Notes: generated by a model from the sequence alone, not told the origin. Positions 32,757 to 45,269 are shown, counted from the stretch's first letter. The stretch is DNA of 64,000 nucleotides from Tetramitus jugosus (GCA_937625935.1 OW569393.1:124001-188000); one strand, 5' to 3'. Made by a program: numbers and translations.

Positions 32757-35677
32757 ATGAATTTAGAGTATTATAAGAATAGATCTGAGAACAGTAGATT
32801 TTCTACTCAATACTTAGAGTATGACGAATATGTTTTCGACGTAGTTCCTGATAGCTTCTTTCGCTTAGACATGAACGAAAAAGTTTTGTAAGTTTTTCGC
32901 TTTGTTTGTTTCCTATTGATGAAGTGCACGTCTAACATTTGAATAAACAAGACCTCCAAAGGGAACTCTTGTCGTGTCATCATACTGCCTCTTGTTTTGT
33001 CCTTATGATGTACTATTGCCAGTGTACAAGATTTTGTTCTCAGACATGAAATCTGCCAAGATTTCCAAGTCATGGTCTCACTTGGCTGGTGTCTCAAAGA
33101 AAACAACAAGCATCAGGATCAAACTCAGTAACGTCTTCATTAGACATAGTTATCAACCTTTTACAGTTGAAACTGAGGTATGTTTTTGAATTATGTCTCT
33201 TTTTGATCTTCAGGCTTCTCACACGTTCCTTTCACTTGTGCTAGCATCAGGATATTTATTCATCAAAGGGAGTAATCTTGGCTGTGGCGAATGGATTGCA
33301 TGATATCGTGTTACAAAAGATTGAACAACTGAGAGTTGCTTCTACCAATTCCAAAGACAGAGACACAATGATTAAACAGTTGATCTCTACGTATGAGTCC
33401 AAGAGAACACTGAACACAAAGTACATATCTCGTAGTGAAAGAGCCAGCGCATCCAACCTCGCCACTCTCTTTTGCCATTTCGAGAAGGTTAGAGGATTCT
33501 TTGCTGTGACTGGAGAGAGTTTGTATTTTATTCCTCACAGCACTTGTAAATCTGAGCCTGTGTGTCAAGTCATACCAAAGTCCAGCATCAAGTATGTCTT
33601 GAAACAACGGTACTTGCACACTGATATTGCTTTGGAGGTGTTTCTTTATGGTGCCAGCAGCATGTTCTTAGTGTTTGATAGTCAATCAGCTCGAGACAAC
33701 ATTTACACAAGCATTGGACAAACAACTTCAGCTGAAGATTTGCTCAATGAAAAGCAAGGTCGCTGGAAGAGAGGAGAGATTTCAAATTTTGAGTACCTCA
33801 TGTTTTTGAATCAAATTTCAGGTAGAACTGTGAATGAGATTTCGCTCTATCCAATTCTTCCATGGTTGATTGTGGACAACACAGCAAGATCGTTGGATTT
33901 GACAAGTCCGGAGATATTCAGAGACTTGGCGAAACCTATCGGAACATTGAATGATCAAAAGTTAATCTCCTTAAAAAGATTGCCTGAGAGTGAGAACTTT
34001 GCTTATCACAAGTATTGCTCGAATCCAGATGATATCGCGTGTTTGATTGCCAGAGCAAAACCTGATGTTTTGTTACAGTTGAGATATGCCAACAGAAGTA
34101 ATATTTCGCCTGATATACAACCTCAATCCACTCTCATTATGGGTGTGACTGATGCGTTCAACAAGGTTATGACAGATCCAAAGTTCAACATTGAAGCTAT
34201 CCCAGAGTTTTATGAAGGTGATGGTGAACTGTTTGTCAACAACAAGAGGTGGATAGTCAATGGATCATTCGTGCCAAACATGACACTTCCTGCTTGGGCC
34301 AAAACAGCTAGTGATTTTATTCGAGTCAATCATCAAGCACTCGAATGTGACTATGTCACTGATCATATCCATGAATGGATTGATCTAACCTTTGGATTTA
34401 AGTCTGCACCTCAAATTGCTCCGCAGTACGATAACATGTACAATAGAGCTAGTTACAAGTTGAATGACGACCTCGTGTTTGGCAATGTATTCACAAAAGA
34501 ACAACGCGAGTTGTACTTGCTCGGGCAAGCACCTAGACAATTGTTCTCTGAGCCTCATCCAATCAAAATTCCAACTCATAGAACTGTACAGGCTCAGTTG
34601 GTCGATGAAAGAGAGTTCCTGAAGAAGGAATTGAGCAACCTGAAAGAGAAAGTTGAAGAAAGAGAGAATGCTCTCTCACAGGAGAGGGAAGAGTTGGAAA
34701 CAAGAATGAAAGAAGCTCTTCAAGAGAAAGATATGGTGATTTCTGAGTTAAACGAGCGCCTAGGCCACAAGGACGCAGAGAATAATGAGTTAAAACACAA
34801 CATCAACGATATGGAGAAGAAGACAGTTTATTTATCGAAGGAAGTGAAGAGAATGACACCCAAATCAGATAAGAGCAGACCTGATGACGTGAGAAGTGTG
34901 AATCGATATATTCTCCAACTCGAGAAAGACTTGGCTGAGAGCAAGAAGGACGAGAAAATGAGAGTGAAGGAACTTGATCAGACTCACAAGCTAATTATTG
35001 AATACAAGACGAAGCTGGAAGCCCAAAAGGAAATATGTGACAGATACTATCAGAAAGTCCGGGGCATCAAAGATTTGAATCAACAAATTTCAGATCAGTC
35101 AATCATTATCAACAGATTGAGACTTGAAAATGATGAAAAAGAAAACACGATCCACAAGGTAATTATCTCTAATAGGGATAGAGACCAAGAGTTGAAGGAC
35201 TTGAAGTTGGAGAATCACACTCTGGCCCAACAAGTTCGCGCTATGGAGTCCATACTCAAAGATGACTTTAAGGCTGTGCAGCAAGCTAAAAAGATTCGAT
35301 ATCTGGAGCATGCTCACGGTCGAATCAAGGCTCAATTCAAAGAAGAAGAAGATATCGAAATTGACATGGATGAAGCGTTGCGACTCTCTAGTTCAGCTTC
35401 TGTCCTCTATGACCCTGTGCCTCTCAAAAGTCGCTTGGATAATCCAGCCAACTTGGACGAAAGTACGAGCCGAACAGTTGAGACATCAGCTCTATTGAAC
35501 GAAAGCAGCCAAATGTTCCCAGAGGACTTTGATCCGAACAATTCTGTTCAAGATTTGGACCAGCATGAAATCCATCGACTTGACGACCATTCACGACAAG
35601 AGAGTGACCATGAAGTGGAAGATTTTATTGAATCTGTGAGCACTTCAAACGAAGTCAACTCGATGCTCTCTCCTTAA
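32757..35677 (+). CDS. FAN/NSMAF-like PH-BEACH protein with coiled-coil C-terminus; introns 32888-32951 and 33178-33244 (or -33250)
   Basis: RFSTQYLEYDEYVF N-terminus; WKRGEISNFEYLMFLNQISGRT, FRDLAKPIG, IPEFY, IHEWIDLTFG, GQAPRQLF; the introns restore the frame. Confidence 0.85.
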
Positions 35678-35891
35678 GGTGGCAAGTGAACTTTTGAATA
35701 AACTTACTGCATGATTAACAACGTCTCTGTTCCCTTTTTCGTTGTCTCCGCCGATGATTACAAAAACTGGCATATCCCCGCTTGTGGACCAGGCACCAAC
35801 ACGTTCTAATCTGGCCACAGAACCTTGCCTCCAAAAAAACATCATCATCCATCCTACTACCATCCCACTTATCCAACCAACAACAAAAAAA

Positions 35892-36545
35892 ATGAGAATC
35901 AGTTCCTCCATTGTTCTTTGCTGCTTGTTGCTCCTCATTGCCACCATCTTGAACGTTCAAGCTTCCTCCTCCTCCAGTGCCATTGCCCATCACAACTTGA
36001 AGCACAAGCTCATTCAAGCCAATGAAAAGCTCCACGAGTACATTAAGAATTTGAAGAAGAAGAACAACCAGTTCACTGGCCGTTCTGAGCAATTGATCAA
36101 GAAGAAGAAGAACTCTTTGCTCAACAAGGCAAAAAAGCTTCAACGTGTCATTCAAGAACAAGGTGCTTCTCTCACTGATTTGCCAGTGTATGACTATGAT
36201 GTCATTGAGAGCAGAAACGATTTGGATACGATTGAGAGTCGTAGTGACAGTCTTTCCATGGGCTCTGCCTCTGGTAAGGCCTCCTACTACTCTAATTCGT
36301 TCAATGGAAGAAAGACCGCCAACGGAGAAACTTTCTCCAACTCGGCTTCTACTTGTGCGCACAAGACTTTGCCTTTTGGTACCATGGTTACTGTACAGAA
36401 TACTGCCAATGGCAGAACTGCAAGATGTAGAGTCAATGATCGTGGTCCATACTCCCCTGGTAGAATCATTGATTTGACTTCTCATGTCTTCTCTCAATTG
36501 GCTTCATTGAGTGCTGGTGTTTTGAACGTTCAAATCTCTTACTAA
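35892..36545 (+). CDS. Secreted RlpA-like (DPBB) lytic transglycosylase-type protein
   Basis: Signal peptide; GKASYY...GRKTANGETF...AHKTLPFGT...VNDRGPY...RIIDL. Confidence 0.9.
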   Translation: MRISSSIVLCCLLLLIATILNVQASSSSSAIAHHNLKHKLIQANEKLHEYIKNLKKKNNQFTGRSEQLIKKKKNSLLNKAKKLQRVIQEQGASLTDLPVYDYDVIESRNDLDTIESRSDSLSMGSASGKASYYSNSFNGRKTANGETFSNSASTCAHKTLPFGTMVTVQNTANGRTARCRVNDRGPYSPGRIIDLTSHVFSQLASLSAGVLNVQISY

Positions 36546-36785
36546 AATATTGTTGTGTCTTTTGATACAGTCTTTTGTAAAAATCGAAACAGTTTTTTTT
36601 GTAAGTGCCAGATGATGTCAATCGACAAGAAACAGAGCTAAAAATACGAGCAGAGCTATGGATAGAGTTCTGCGCAGATCTGACGATGTCATTCATGATC
36701 ACGCACATTTACCTCCGACAACAAAGAAAGAAGCACCAGATCAAACAGCGTTGCAAGCAGCACAGAAAGAAAAAAAACTCGAGTC

Positions 36786-38485
36786 ATGTCAATTGTTCGG
36801 CGCTTTACATCTCTGCCCTATCGTTGCTTGTCCAAGCAGAGTACCAAAACTTGGGATTGCTACTCCAATGTACATCTCAACCAATTGCAACACTCGATAC
36901 TGAGGCATCAGTTGTCACTGTTTCACACCAATCAAATGATTGTTCCCTCGCAGGTCATTCCACAAGACACGAGTGAACAGAGAGTGTACAAGTTGAAGAG
37001 CATATTTGAGACGTATGATTTGGACGGCAACGGATTCATTGATCGCGAAGAATTGCAAAACATGTTGAGCAAGGCTTCCATCTCTTCAGAGTACGCCATT
37101 AAGATGATGGACGAGAGTAAGGGAAAACAAGGCATTAGTTTTAATGCGTTCTGCAAGTTGTTGCAACCGTTGAACAACTTGGATTTTGACAGTGTTATGA
37201 AATATTGGTTGAAACAGGTGACAAGTGTGGAGATTCCCGATGCAGAGATTATTGTAAACTCTGGTATGTTTCTCCTGTATAATCTCAGAATTTTTTTGTT
37301 CGTCCAACTAAACAATGTATTGTAGTGTTCAAACGATTGTTGGAACAAGCAAAAGCAAATTTGAAACCGAATGAAGTTGTCAATGAGGATTTATTACTGC
37401 AGTTCCCACGAGAGATTCTATACTTGGGTGGTGCCCCAGGTGCTGGAAAAGGTACTGTAACAGAACATATTTTGAAGATTAGAGAGATTTCAGCACCACC
37501 CATCGTAATGAGTTCATTGCTGGATTCTCCCCAGGCGAAAAAGATTAAGGATGCAGGTGGATTGGTGGGTGATTTTGAAGTTGTTGAGATGTTATTCACA
37601 GAGTTGTTGAAACCACAGTATCAGAACGGAGCTGTCATTGATGGATTTCCGAGAACCATGGTCCAGGTTGAAGTCGTTAAAAAATTGTATGATAAGATGA
37701 TGAGACAGCACATGATGACGTCAAAACTCGATGTAGGAAAGTATTTCCGAAGGCCCATCTTTCGTTCGTTAATGTTGTTTGTCGAGGAGAAGGAATCCGT
37801 GATGAGACAGTTGAATCGTGGTCATCAAATCATTGAACACAACAAGAAAGTGCAAGAGACTGGAAATGGAGTCTTGTTACCACTGAGAAAAACAGATGTG
37901 GACAGAGATGCCGCTCGATTGCGTTACAATATTTTTAAGGAACAAACGTATGATTCGCTACAAAAATTGAAACAATACTTTCATTATCACATGATTAATG
38001 CGCAGGGAACGATCGAAGATGTGAAACACAACATTGAAAAGGAATTGTTGTATCAGAGTTCGTTGGAATTGAGTGCCGAAACGTTTGCTACCATTAAGCA
38101 TATTCCCACGGCTTCAGATGTCATTATCAATGCTCGTCAGAAACTTGTTTCTCGTTTGGATGATTATCAACGATTGGACACAGAGCTTTTCCAGAGTGTA
38201 GCAAAAGCTATTGAAGAAGAGTTCGAGGACAAGATTGAAATTGGTGCCATTGCAGGTTGTGCCTATGTGAGTTCAATGAACCCTCTTTTTGATAATGAAC
38301 TTGCAAGAAAGATGGCTCTCGATATCATGAGTGATAGAGGCTTTACAACGACTTGCAGATCACTGTATCATACGACGCCAGTGTCCATTGGACCAGATAA
38401 TACTATTATTTGCAAAAAACAGAATATTTACGAATTTAATGTGCGGTTTCCCAAGTCATTAACCATGGCGAGTCTAGGATCATAA
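36786..38485 (+). CDS. EF-hand + adenylate kinase fusion, probably organelle-targeted; intron 37264-37325
   Basis: DLDGNGFIDREE EF-hand; GGAPGAGKGT P-loop; IDGFPRT; a GTATG...TAG intron joins the two ORFs in frame. Confidence 0.85.
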
Positions 38486-38737
38486 ATGAATTCATCCCGA
38501 TTTGAACATTGGTTTTCCATAAACAATAGGTTTGACTCGTTCTGAAGTGCGTTTCATACATCAGAGTCATGCAATGGACATTCAATAATAAATATAAAAT
38601 GAAACATGTGACCTGATCCTCTTCAAACATGATCATGCATCAGTTCTTTTGGTTAACAATTGGTCTTTGACAAAACTTAAATCCGCCCTTTACCATGAAT
38701 GGTAATCAACTCGCTCCAGTTCAAAACTGTCATTGAC

Positions 38738-40174
38738 TCACTTTAACACCCAAGTCGAAATGTATTTGTCTCCAGGCAATGGTTTGCTGTTTCTTCTCTG
38801 CAACGCACCTCTAAATATCAACTCTTTCTGTTGTCCTGAAATGCTCCCTTCACCAGTTACAACTGCCGCCGTCGTACTGCTACTCTTTCTCTTTTTTTGA
38901 CCTGTTTTCGCCGCCGTTGTATTACCCGTGGGAGGCAATTGTTCCGATGCGAATGCCGTCTGCTGCTGTTGAGCTCTTCGTGGGGAATTGGACGGCGAAG
39001 AGACTAAAAACGTCGTTGGCGACAATGATGGTGAAGCTTCCAAGATGTTGGGGGACGATTGAGAAGTCATGATCGATCCTGATCCCCCTATTCCTCCTCC
39101 CATAACTGCACTACTACCACCACCACTACTACTATTATTATTATGATTTGGATGATTCACAAGGATTTGATAAGGTGAATGATGCTGTTGTGGCTGCTGC
39201 TGTTGATGATGATGGAGAGAATAATGAACATGATGAGCATGTTGTTGCTGTTGATGATGTTGGTGAGAAGAAAGAGAAATAGGTGAGTTCAGAGGAGCAA
39301 ACATGGATGCTCCACTAGGTGATGAAGCATGAGAATGATGAGGATGTGCTTGAGAAGAATTGAACATGTGCATTTGAGTTTGAACTTGTTGTAGTTGTTG
39401 CACATGATGTTGTTGTTGTTGTTGTTGTGGTGGTTGCGGTTGTATTTTCATTCCTTCGGCCAATAGAACTTCAAGTGATTCTTCTCTGAGTTCATACATT
39501 TGATTCTGATAGAGAAAATAACGTTGAAGTTGTTCTTGGTTCATATTGTTCAGAAATTGAGGTTGTGGTTGTTGCTGCCATTGCTGTTGTAAGCTACCAC
39601 TGTTGTTCTGGTGATTTTGTAATTTTTGTTGTTGTTGTTGTTGTTCTATTAATGATGTCTCTGTTGCTATTATTTCATCATCGATGATCTGTTGTTGCTG
39701 TTGTTGTTGTTGAACAGATGTCAATAATAGTGGGGATGTCACTGTGGAATTGGAGGCAGTTGTTGCCGTCCGTGAAGAGTCAACAAAGGATGACGACTGA
39801 ACATTATCATCGCCATTGTTCCCCAAATTACTTGAACTGCCAGTGCGGTTGTGCTTCTCATCGATCGAAGGATGATGACCCAGATCATCATGTGGTTGCC
39901 TAGAGTTCATTGGAAAGGAAAGAGGCACAAAAAAGGGCAGTTGTTGTTGCTGTGGTTGACTTTGTTGATGTTGCTGATGTTTGTTGTAAGCTAAATAGCT
40001 TTTGAGTTCCGCAAAATTCCCCTCTTCTGCCTCTTTTGTGTTTGGTGAGGAGGATAATTGCTGCACTTCAACGTGAACGTTCAAGATCTTGTCAGTGGAA
40101 GGACGACTGGTGCTGCTGTTGTTGCTGTTGCTGCGACTGCTGTCGTGGCTCTTGATGGTGGTGGACAGTGACAT
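38738..40174 (-). CDS. Q/H/S-rich low-complexity protein, possibly a nuclear regulator
   Basis: 478-aa ORF, polyQ tracts, KKRK motif; no recognisable domain. Confidence 0.6.
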   Translation of the reverse strand: MSLSTTIKSHDSSRSNSNNSSTSRPSTDKILNVHVEVQQLSSSPNTKEAEEGNFAELKSYLAYNKHQQHQQSQPQQQQLPFFVPLSFPMNSRQPHDDLGHHPSIDEKHNRTGSSSNLGNNGDDNVQSSSFVDSSRTATTASNSTVTSPLLLTSVQQQQQQQQIIDDEIIATETSLIEQQQQQQKLQNHQNNSGSLQQQWQQQPQPQFLNNMNQEQLQRYFLYQNQMYELREESLEVLLAEGMKIQPQPPQQQQQQHHVQQLQQVQTQMHMFNSSQAHPHHSHASSPSGASMFAPLNSPISLSSHQHHQQQQHAHHVHYSLHHHQQQQPQQHHSPYQILVNHPNHNNNSSSGGGSSAVMGGGIGGSGSIMTSQSSPNILEASPSLSPTTFLVSSPSNSPRRAQQQQTAFASEQLPPTGNTTAAKTGQKKRKSSSTTAAVVTGEGSISGQQKELIFRGALQRRNSKPLPGDKYISTWVLK

Positions 40175-41185
40175 TTTTTGTGTGACTGCTAAATTGTGGT
40201 GTTTCTTGCTTGTTCAGTTGTTTCAGGAAGTGTGTGGTTTCTGAATACTGAAAAATTCACAATGGGTAGCTGCCGCGCTATCTCACTGTTAGTGAAGAGT
40301 GGGATCGCCAGATGGCTCTGGTTTTTTTCACACGACGTCTCGAACTCTCGAAAGGGTAATCTTGGAATAAAATAAACACGACTGTTCAATCAAACAAACG
40401 ATCACTACGGCAGTGGGGTCCTGATTTGGTTCACAATCTACAGAGATAGGACAATTTGTGCGGGGTGTGGGATTGAAGTTAAACTTGGTGGGGTGTGTGA
40501 ATTGATTTCAAAGTGCACAACCAGGCAACAAGTAAACAAGTGAGGAATGATTTTGTTTTTGTGCTTGAATTATGCTAAACAACCATCAATCAGTTGGTTG
40601 TGACTTCAACTCAGTTCATATGTTCTTTTTCTCCTCGGACTTTGCAGTATATAAATATGGTCCTTGCTTTTGGATATTGAGACGTTCCGGAATTCCGAAA
40701 AAAGCCAAAGTATGGAAGAATAAACGATTCGTACACGCTAGCAATATTTCACTTGTCGAATATTCGACATGCTTTTATTGGTAAACGCTGGAATGACCGC
40801 GATTCTATGCGATGATGTCAATCAGATCTTGTTCCTTCTCCGTTGTAAGAGATGTGCAATAATCCGCAAAGAATGTGCGAAGGATCACCTTTGAAGCAAT
40901 CTTTTGGAGTCTCCCATTCTCGACGCCCGATAGACATTGGTCACACCAAAAAGTGGAGTCCCATTTGTTGGTTGAAATGTATTTGTTTGATCAAGTAAAT
41001 CGTCCTATGGGGTCCAAGCAAGCCCCTTCGGTGGTTCAATGATTTTTCCTTCCAATTAAAAACTCATCGCTTACAAAGAGTCGTGTTTCACAAACCATTT
41101 CTTCCAATTCAGCGGGTCATATTTACCCTGTCAAATTCTATGTAGTTCTTTCTTGCTTGGTATCTCTCAATCACAAAACGCGACT

Positions 41186-42691
41186 ATGGACGCACTACCA
41201 AGTGACATTTTCATCAATATATCTCAATATCATGGTGACTTGCAAACAATGAACCACTTGACAAGAACATGTAGGAGCCTTGCTCATACATTGAACAACA
41301 ATGAAATCATTTGGAGGGACCTGAGTCGCTCATTGTTGAATCAACTGCTACTCGCTAGTTCGAGCCAGAAACACCAACTCAAGTTCCATGGCAAGTTATC
41401 CTCATTAGCTGAAGTTGAAGAAGATGTGCAAGCATTGAAAAAGTTTATGAGAAGAATCATGCTGAATCTAAAGTTGGATCGAGTCGGTAAACTGTTGTCA
41501 CTCACTTGTCATGAGGAACCATTCTCGACAGACAAGTACGATCGCGTTTTGACTCTGTTCAAACCTTTTGAAAATTTTGACAATTGTGATGCTGAAGTTA
41601 CTCGATTGTTTCAGAATGTTCCTCATTTATTGTTGTGCGACTATGCAAAAGATGATCAGATGGTTCCTGAACAATATGTGATTGAGACTTTAGATAAGTT
41701 GTTTGAGCAATACAACCTACTGCCTTATGGAGAGAGCTATGACTGTCTGGAAGATGCAATCTTGACCAAACATATTGAGATTGTAAGAACGGTTCTACGA
41801 CACATTCCTCAATCAATTCGAAAAGAAGATGTTAACTATTTGAAAGTTTGTGTAGTAGCCACAGCCCCCTATGAGATATTGTCCTTTCTGTTGGAAGAAT
41901 TTCCAGAAAGAGCCCATACCGATATTGAGAGTATAGCGATGCATCTGTGCATGGCATATCCAGATCATGGTTTTGACATCCTTCGCAATTACCAAATTGA
42001 TTTTTCAAAGATCGCTCCTATCCAAATTTCAAGATTTATCAGAAACATACCACTAAGTGATAGGAAGAAGAAAGTGTTGGAATACTTCATTGACAACGGT
42101 TTGAGCTTATCAGAACTTCCTGAGGAAAGACTAGTTACTTGGGTAATTCACGATGAATATCAGATGAACAACGACGAAGACATTTTACTTTTGTTGCTGA
42201 ATCATGGAGCACAGGTTTTTAATCCCATGGGTTACCTTGATCCACTGAGTTATGCAGTATTGTATGCTAGTAATCGTCATTGTGTTCTAATGATACCGCA
42301 ACTGATTCGTTTCGGTGCAGATGTTAACTCGAACTCCTTGCTTAGTCGGCATACAGGCGGAAGACAAAACAACTACCCTGGATCTTTCTTAGAAATTCTG
42401 CATCTTCTTTTAGAAGGTGGAGCAGATGCTTCGGAATTCTATGAAGCTTATGAACAATGGAGTAATCCACTATTCTCTCTCGTGAACAATGCATATCTCG
42501 GTGATCATGACAGAGTCGCAGCTGGAAGAGTACTGATAGATTATGGAGCTGATATCCATGCTGTCAGTCCAATTGGTCAAAATCTCTTGCAATTTGCTGA
42601 GGCAGTCGACTTTCCTTCTGATGTTGCTCAAGAGTTTTATTCACGGATGGTCGAATACACAAAAAACAAGCACGAGACAAAGAAGGCATAA
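41186..42691 (+). CDS. F-box + ankyrin-repeat protein
   Basis: MDALPSDIFINISQY (F-box); LLLNHGAQV, LIRFGADVN, LIDYGADIH (ankyrin). Confidence 0.8.
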   Translation: MDALPSDIFINISQYHGDLQTMNHLTRTCRSLAHTLNNNEIIWRDLSRSLLNQLLLASSSQKHQLKFHGKLSSLAEVEEDVQALKKFMRRIMLNLKLDRVGKLLSLTCHEEPFSTDKYDRVLTLFKPFENFDNCDAEVTRLFQNVPHLLLCDYAKDDQMVPEQYVIETLDKLFEQYNLLPYGESYDCLEDAILTKHIEIVRTVLRHIPQSIRKEDVNYLKVCVVATAPYEILSFLLEEFPERAHTDIESIAMHLCMAYPDHGFDILRNYQIDFSKIAPIQISRFIRNIPLSDRKKKVLEYFIDNGLSLSELPEERLVTWVIHDEYQMNNDEDILLLLLNHGAQVFNPMGYLDPLSYAVLYASNRHCVLMIPQLIRFGADVNSNSLLSRHTGGRQNNYPGSFLEILHLLLEGGADASEFYEAYEQWSNPLFSLVNNAYLGDHDRVAAGRVLIDYGADIHAVSPIGQNLLQFAEAVDFPSDVAQEFYSRMVEYTKNKHETKKA

Positions 42692-42831
42692 AAAATTCCT
42701 TAAGTTCTTAAGCAACAAACTAATATGAATTCTTGGTTAAGTAACACTCACTTACTAGTAATACTAGTTTGTACAAACTTAACGCGACCCCACCAGTAAC
42801 AAGCAGCGAACCAAAATCTTATGCAAAAGAT

Positions 42832-42902
42832 CTCGAGCACCGGGAATCGAACCCGGGTCGCCAGAGTGACAGTCTGGAATGCTACCCCTATACCATGCCC
42901 GA
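42832..42902 (-). tRNA. tRNA-Asp(GTC)
   Basis: Cloverleaf: acceptor TCGGGCA/TGCTCGA, anticodon arm CCAGA-CTGTCAC-TCTGG, T-arm CCGGG-TTCGATT-CCCGG; downstream TTTT. Confidence 0.95.
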
Positions 42903-42929
42903 TCGTTGGTGATTCACTTTCCCCATCCT

Positions 42930-44520
42930 CTTTATGGCGGAAAGGCAAAAAACGCAGAAAAAAACGGAATCAAATGTCTGGTGATTCAACAAATTGGTGA
43001 AGGAATACGGCAACAGCCGTTATGCAGTGTGGACCACTGCACGGAAAGGCACGAGGCCAAGTGACAGAGAGGTCGTCATTACTGGCAACGGTAATGGCGT
43101 CTCTCAGTCATCTTTGGCAAGAAAGATTGGAGAGGAGTTGGGTGACTGGCTCAACCGAGTCCAAGTCATCAAAAGGAAAGGCCAGCAACACTTTGTTGCA
43201 TGGGTGACGGTCAAGGGTGACCGCATCTATGACTTTGTTGAGTTGTTCAACAAAGAGAGGAGGATTGGCAACAGCACTGCAGCACCCAAGCGCAGTGTTG
43301 ACTGCACAAGAAAGGTGGTCGTCCATGGCATGAAGAACATGTCAGTGGACGACATCAAGAAGCTACTGGGACCTGAAAAGGTCGCCAGTGTGCTCAAGAA
43401 GCGTGACACTGCTTTCGTGGTCATGGGTGATGAAACCTATGCACAAGCAGTGCTCACCGGAGAGAACAAGGTAAAGGCCACGATCACTCGATACGTCGAG
43501 AGACCACATGATCCTCTCAAGGCCGTCAACAAGAGGTTGACAAAGATGTACGAGGAGGTGCTGACGGTGGTTGACGCACTGCGTCGACAGGTCACAAAGA
43601 CAAAGGGCCAAGAGGGCAACAAACCGGTTCCGATACCGGAACAAGAAGTTGCACAGAGAACTGCTCCTGGTCTGATGGAGACAGAAGAACAAAGGAGTGC
43701 AACACCACTGCCAACAGTGCCTGTTGCACAGCTCAGCGCTGAAAATCAGCAAATCCTGGAGCAAGTGAATGCCACTTCTCCAGTGTTTGCCAGAGCGAAG
43801 AAGGAAATTGCTGCATTGACACTAGCGAGTGCACGCAAAAGGTATGGTTTGGCTGAGGACGAACCAGTCATTGTGGATGTGGACGACGACTCCGAAAAGG
43901 CCATCTGAGTTGTGGATGTGGACTTTGAATCTCCTTTTCGGAGTCGTCGTCCACATGTTGGAGGCTGAATTACAGAAAGAAAAAGAGTGGAATGAATTCC
44001 TTAAGTGTCCATTCGGCCTAGAAAGAAATGAACTGTGGTTTTACCATCAAGTCAGAAGTGGTATGCTCCACACTAAGACTGTACTGCGCGACTTGTATGA
44101 ACCGTTGATAGAGGTCATGCTCACTGCGCAAGCGCGCCAGAGACTATTACCCACTTACTAGTGGAATGTGAGGAAGCCAAAAGGGCAACAAAGGAACTGG
44201 TTGAGGAATTCAAGGCCAAATTGGACAAGCTAGAGTTTACGAGACCAGTCAAGTTAAAGATATGGTTCGATGATGTGGTTTATAATGGAGGGAAATTGGT
44301 ACCACAAAGTCCAAGTCGTTCCACTGAAGAAATCTTAGCAGGGTTAATGGGAAAAGAGGATGACCAGAAGGATGTGTTGATGAGGGAACTGGTTGTGCAC
44401 GGTCGCAAGAAGAGGGAAACAAAAGTTAAAAGGTTGGTGAATGCAATGAAGAGGTCTTGCATCAAACGGTTACACAAAGTCTGGAGAGACTCTGTAGCGA
44501 AGAGATGTGAACAATAGCTC
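42930..44520 (+). mobile_element. Internally deleted non-LTR retrotransposon (ORF1 + ORF2 C-terminal zinc knuckle; EN and RT absent)
   Basis: ORF1 42974/42994-43908 with RRM-like segments and a coiled coil; frameshifted AHCASAPETITHLLVEC (zf-RVT type knuckle) near 44119-44170; boundaries approximate. Confidence 0.65.
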
Positions 44521-44596
44521 AGAACCTGAGGCAAAATTGGTCCTCAGTCGATGATGTTTACAAAATAGATCTCATTGCATTGTCGTGAGATACATT

Positions 44597-45140
44597 GATT
44601 CCAGAAACCATTGAACAAGTACATGTACTCAGTGTACAAATCAGCGTCCTCCTTTGCAGCAAGGAATGGTTTGATCACAGGTGAGTTGGTAAGATACGCT
44701 CGCCTCGTTGATCACTTCAAACAATTTGACTCAATACGAACATTGTTTGCCTCTCGTTTAAGAAGAAGAGGATATGACCACCACTTTGTTCAACGAATGT
44801 TCGCAAAGAACAATTACTTTGCCCTCGTTGAACGATACTACAAACCTATTGACTGGCAAGCTAGAGTGAACAAGTACCAACAAAAATTGGACTTGCAACA
44901 CAAACCAAACATTCCACCAATTTGGAAAGTGTTACACTCTGGCAGTGGCATCAATTATCTGCAATTGATCAACGCCATTTCTCTCTTCAATGATATTGAT
45001 TTGCCAAAGGAATTGGTCATTTGCAACGTCAGAACTTCCCAACATCAGAGAAGTTCTGCACGCATGCAAAACCATATTCAACACTTGAGTGCAACAATGT
45101 GATCCAATGCCAAACGAAGATGAAAAGAAGAAAATGGCTA
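44597..45140 (+). mobile_element. Penelope-like element fragment: RT thumb/C-terminal extension
   Basis: FQKPLNKYMY...SASS...GLITGELVRYARL...F...FASRLRRRGY matches the PLE consensus YxKPxNxxxY...S...GxIxGELxRYxR...F...RLxxRGY; no C-terminal GIY-YIG visible. Confidence 0.75.
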
Positions 45141-45269
45141 GGACATTAATGAACGTTGTTGTTGGTAACCACAAACGTCGTTGGTAGCGTACTTCATCTG
45201 CTGCACAACGACTGATCCGATCATTTTCGGAAAGGGGAAGTGGTTATTCAACAATTCGACGCCAGTTGC

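Noticed and set aside
35715-36497. 260-aa antisense ORF
   Set aside because: Shadow of the RlpA-like gene on the opposite strand
40790-41000. KWDSTF as a hAT transposase motif on the minus strand
   Set aside because: Too short, no supporting motifs
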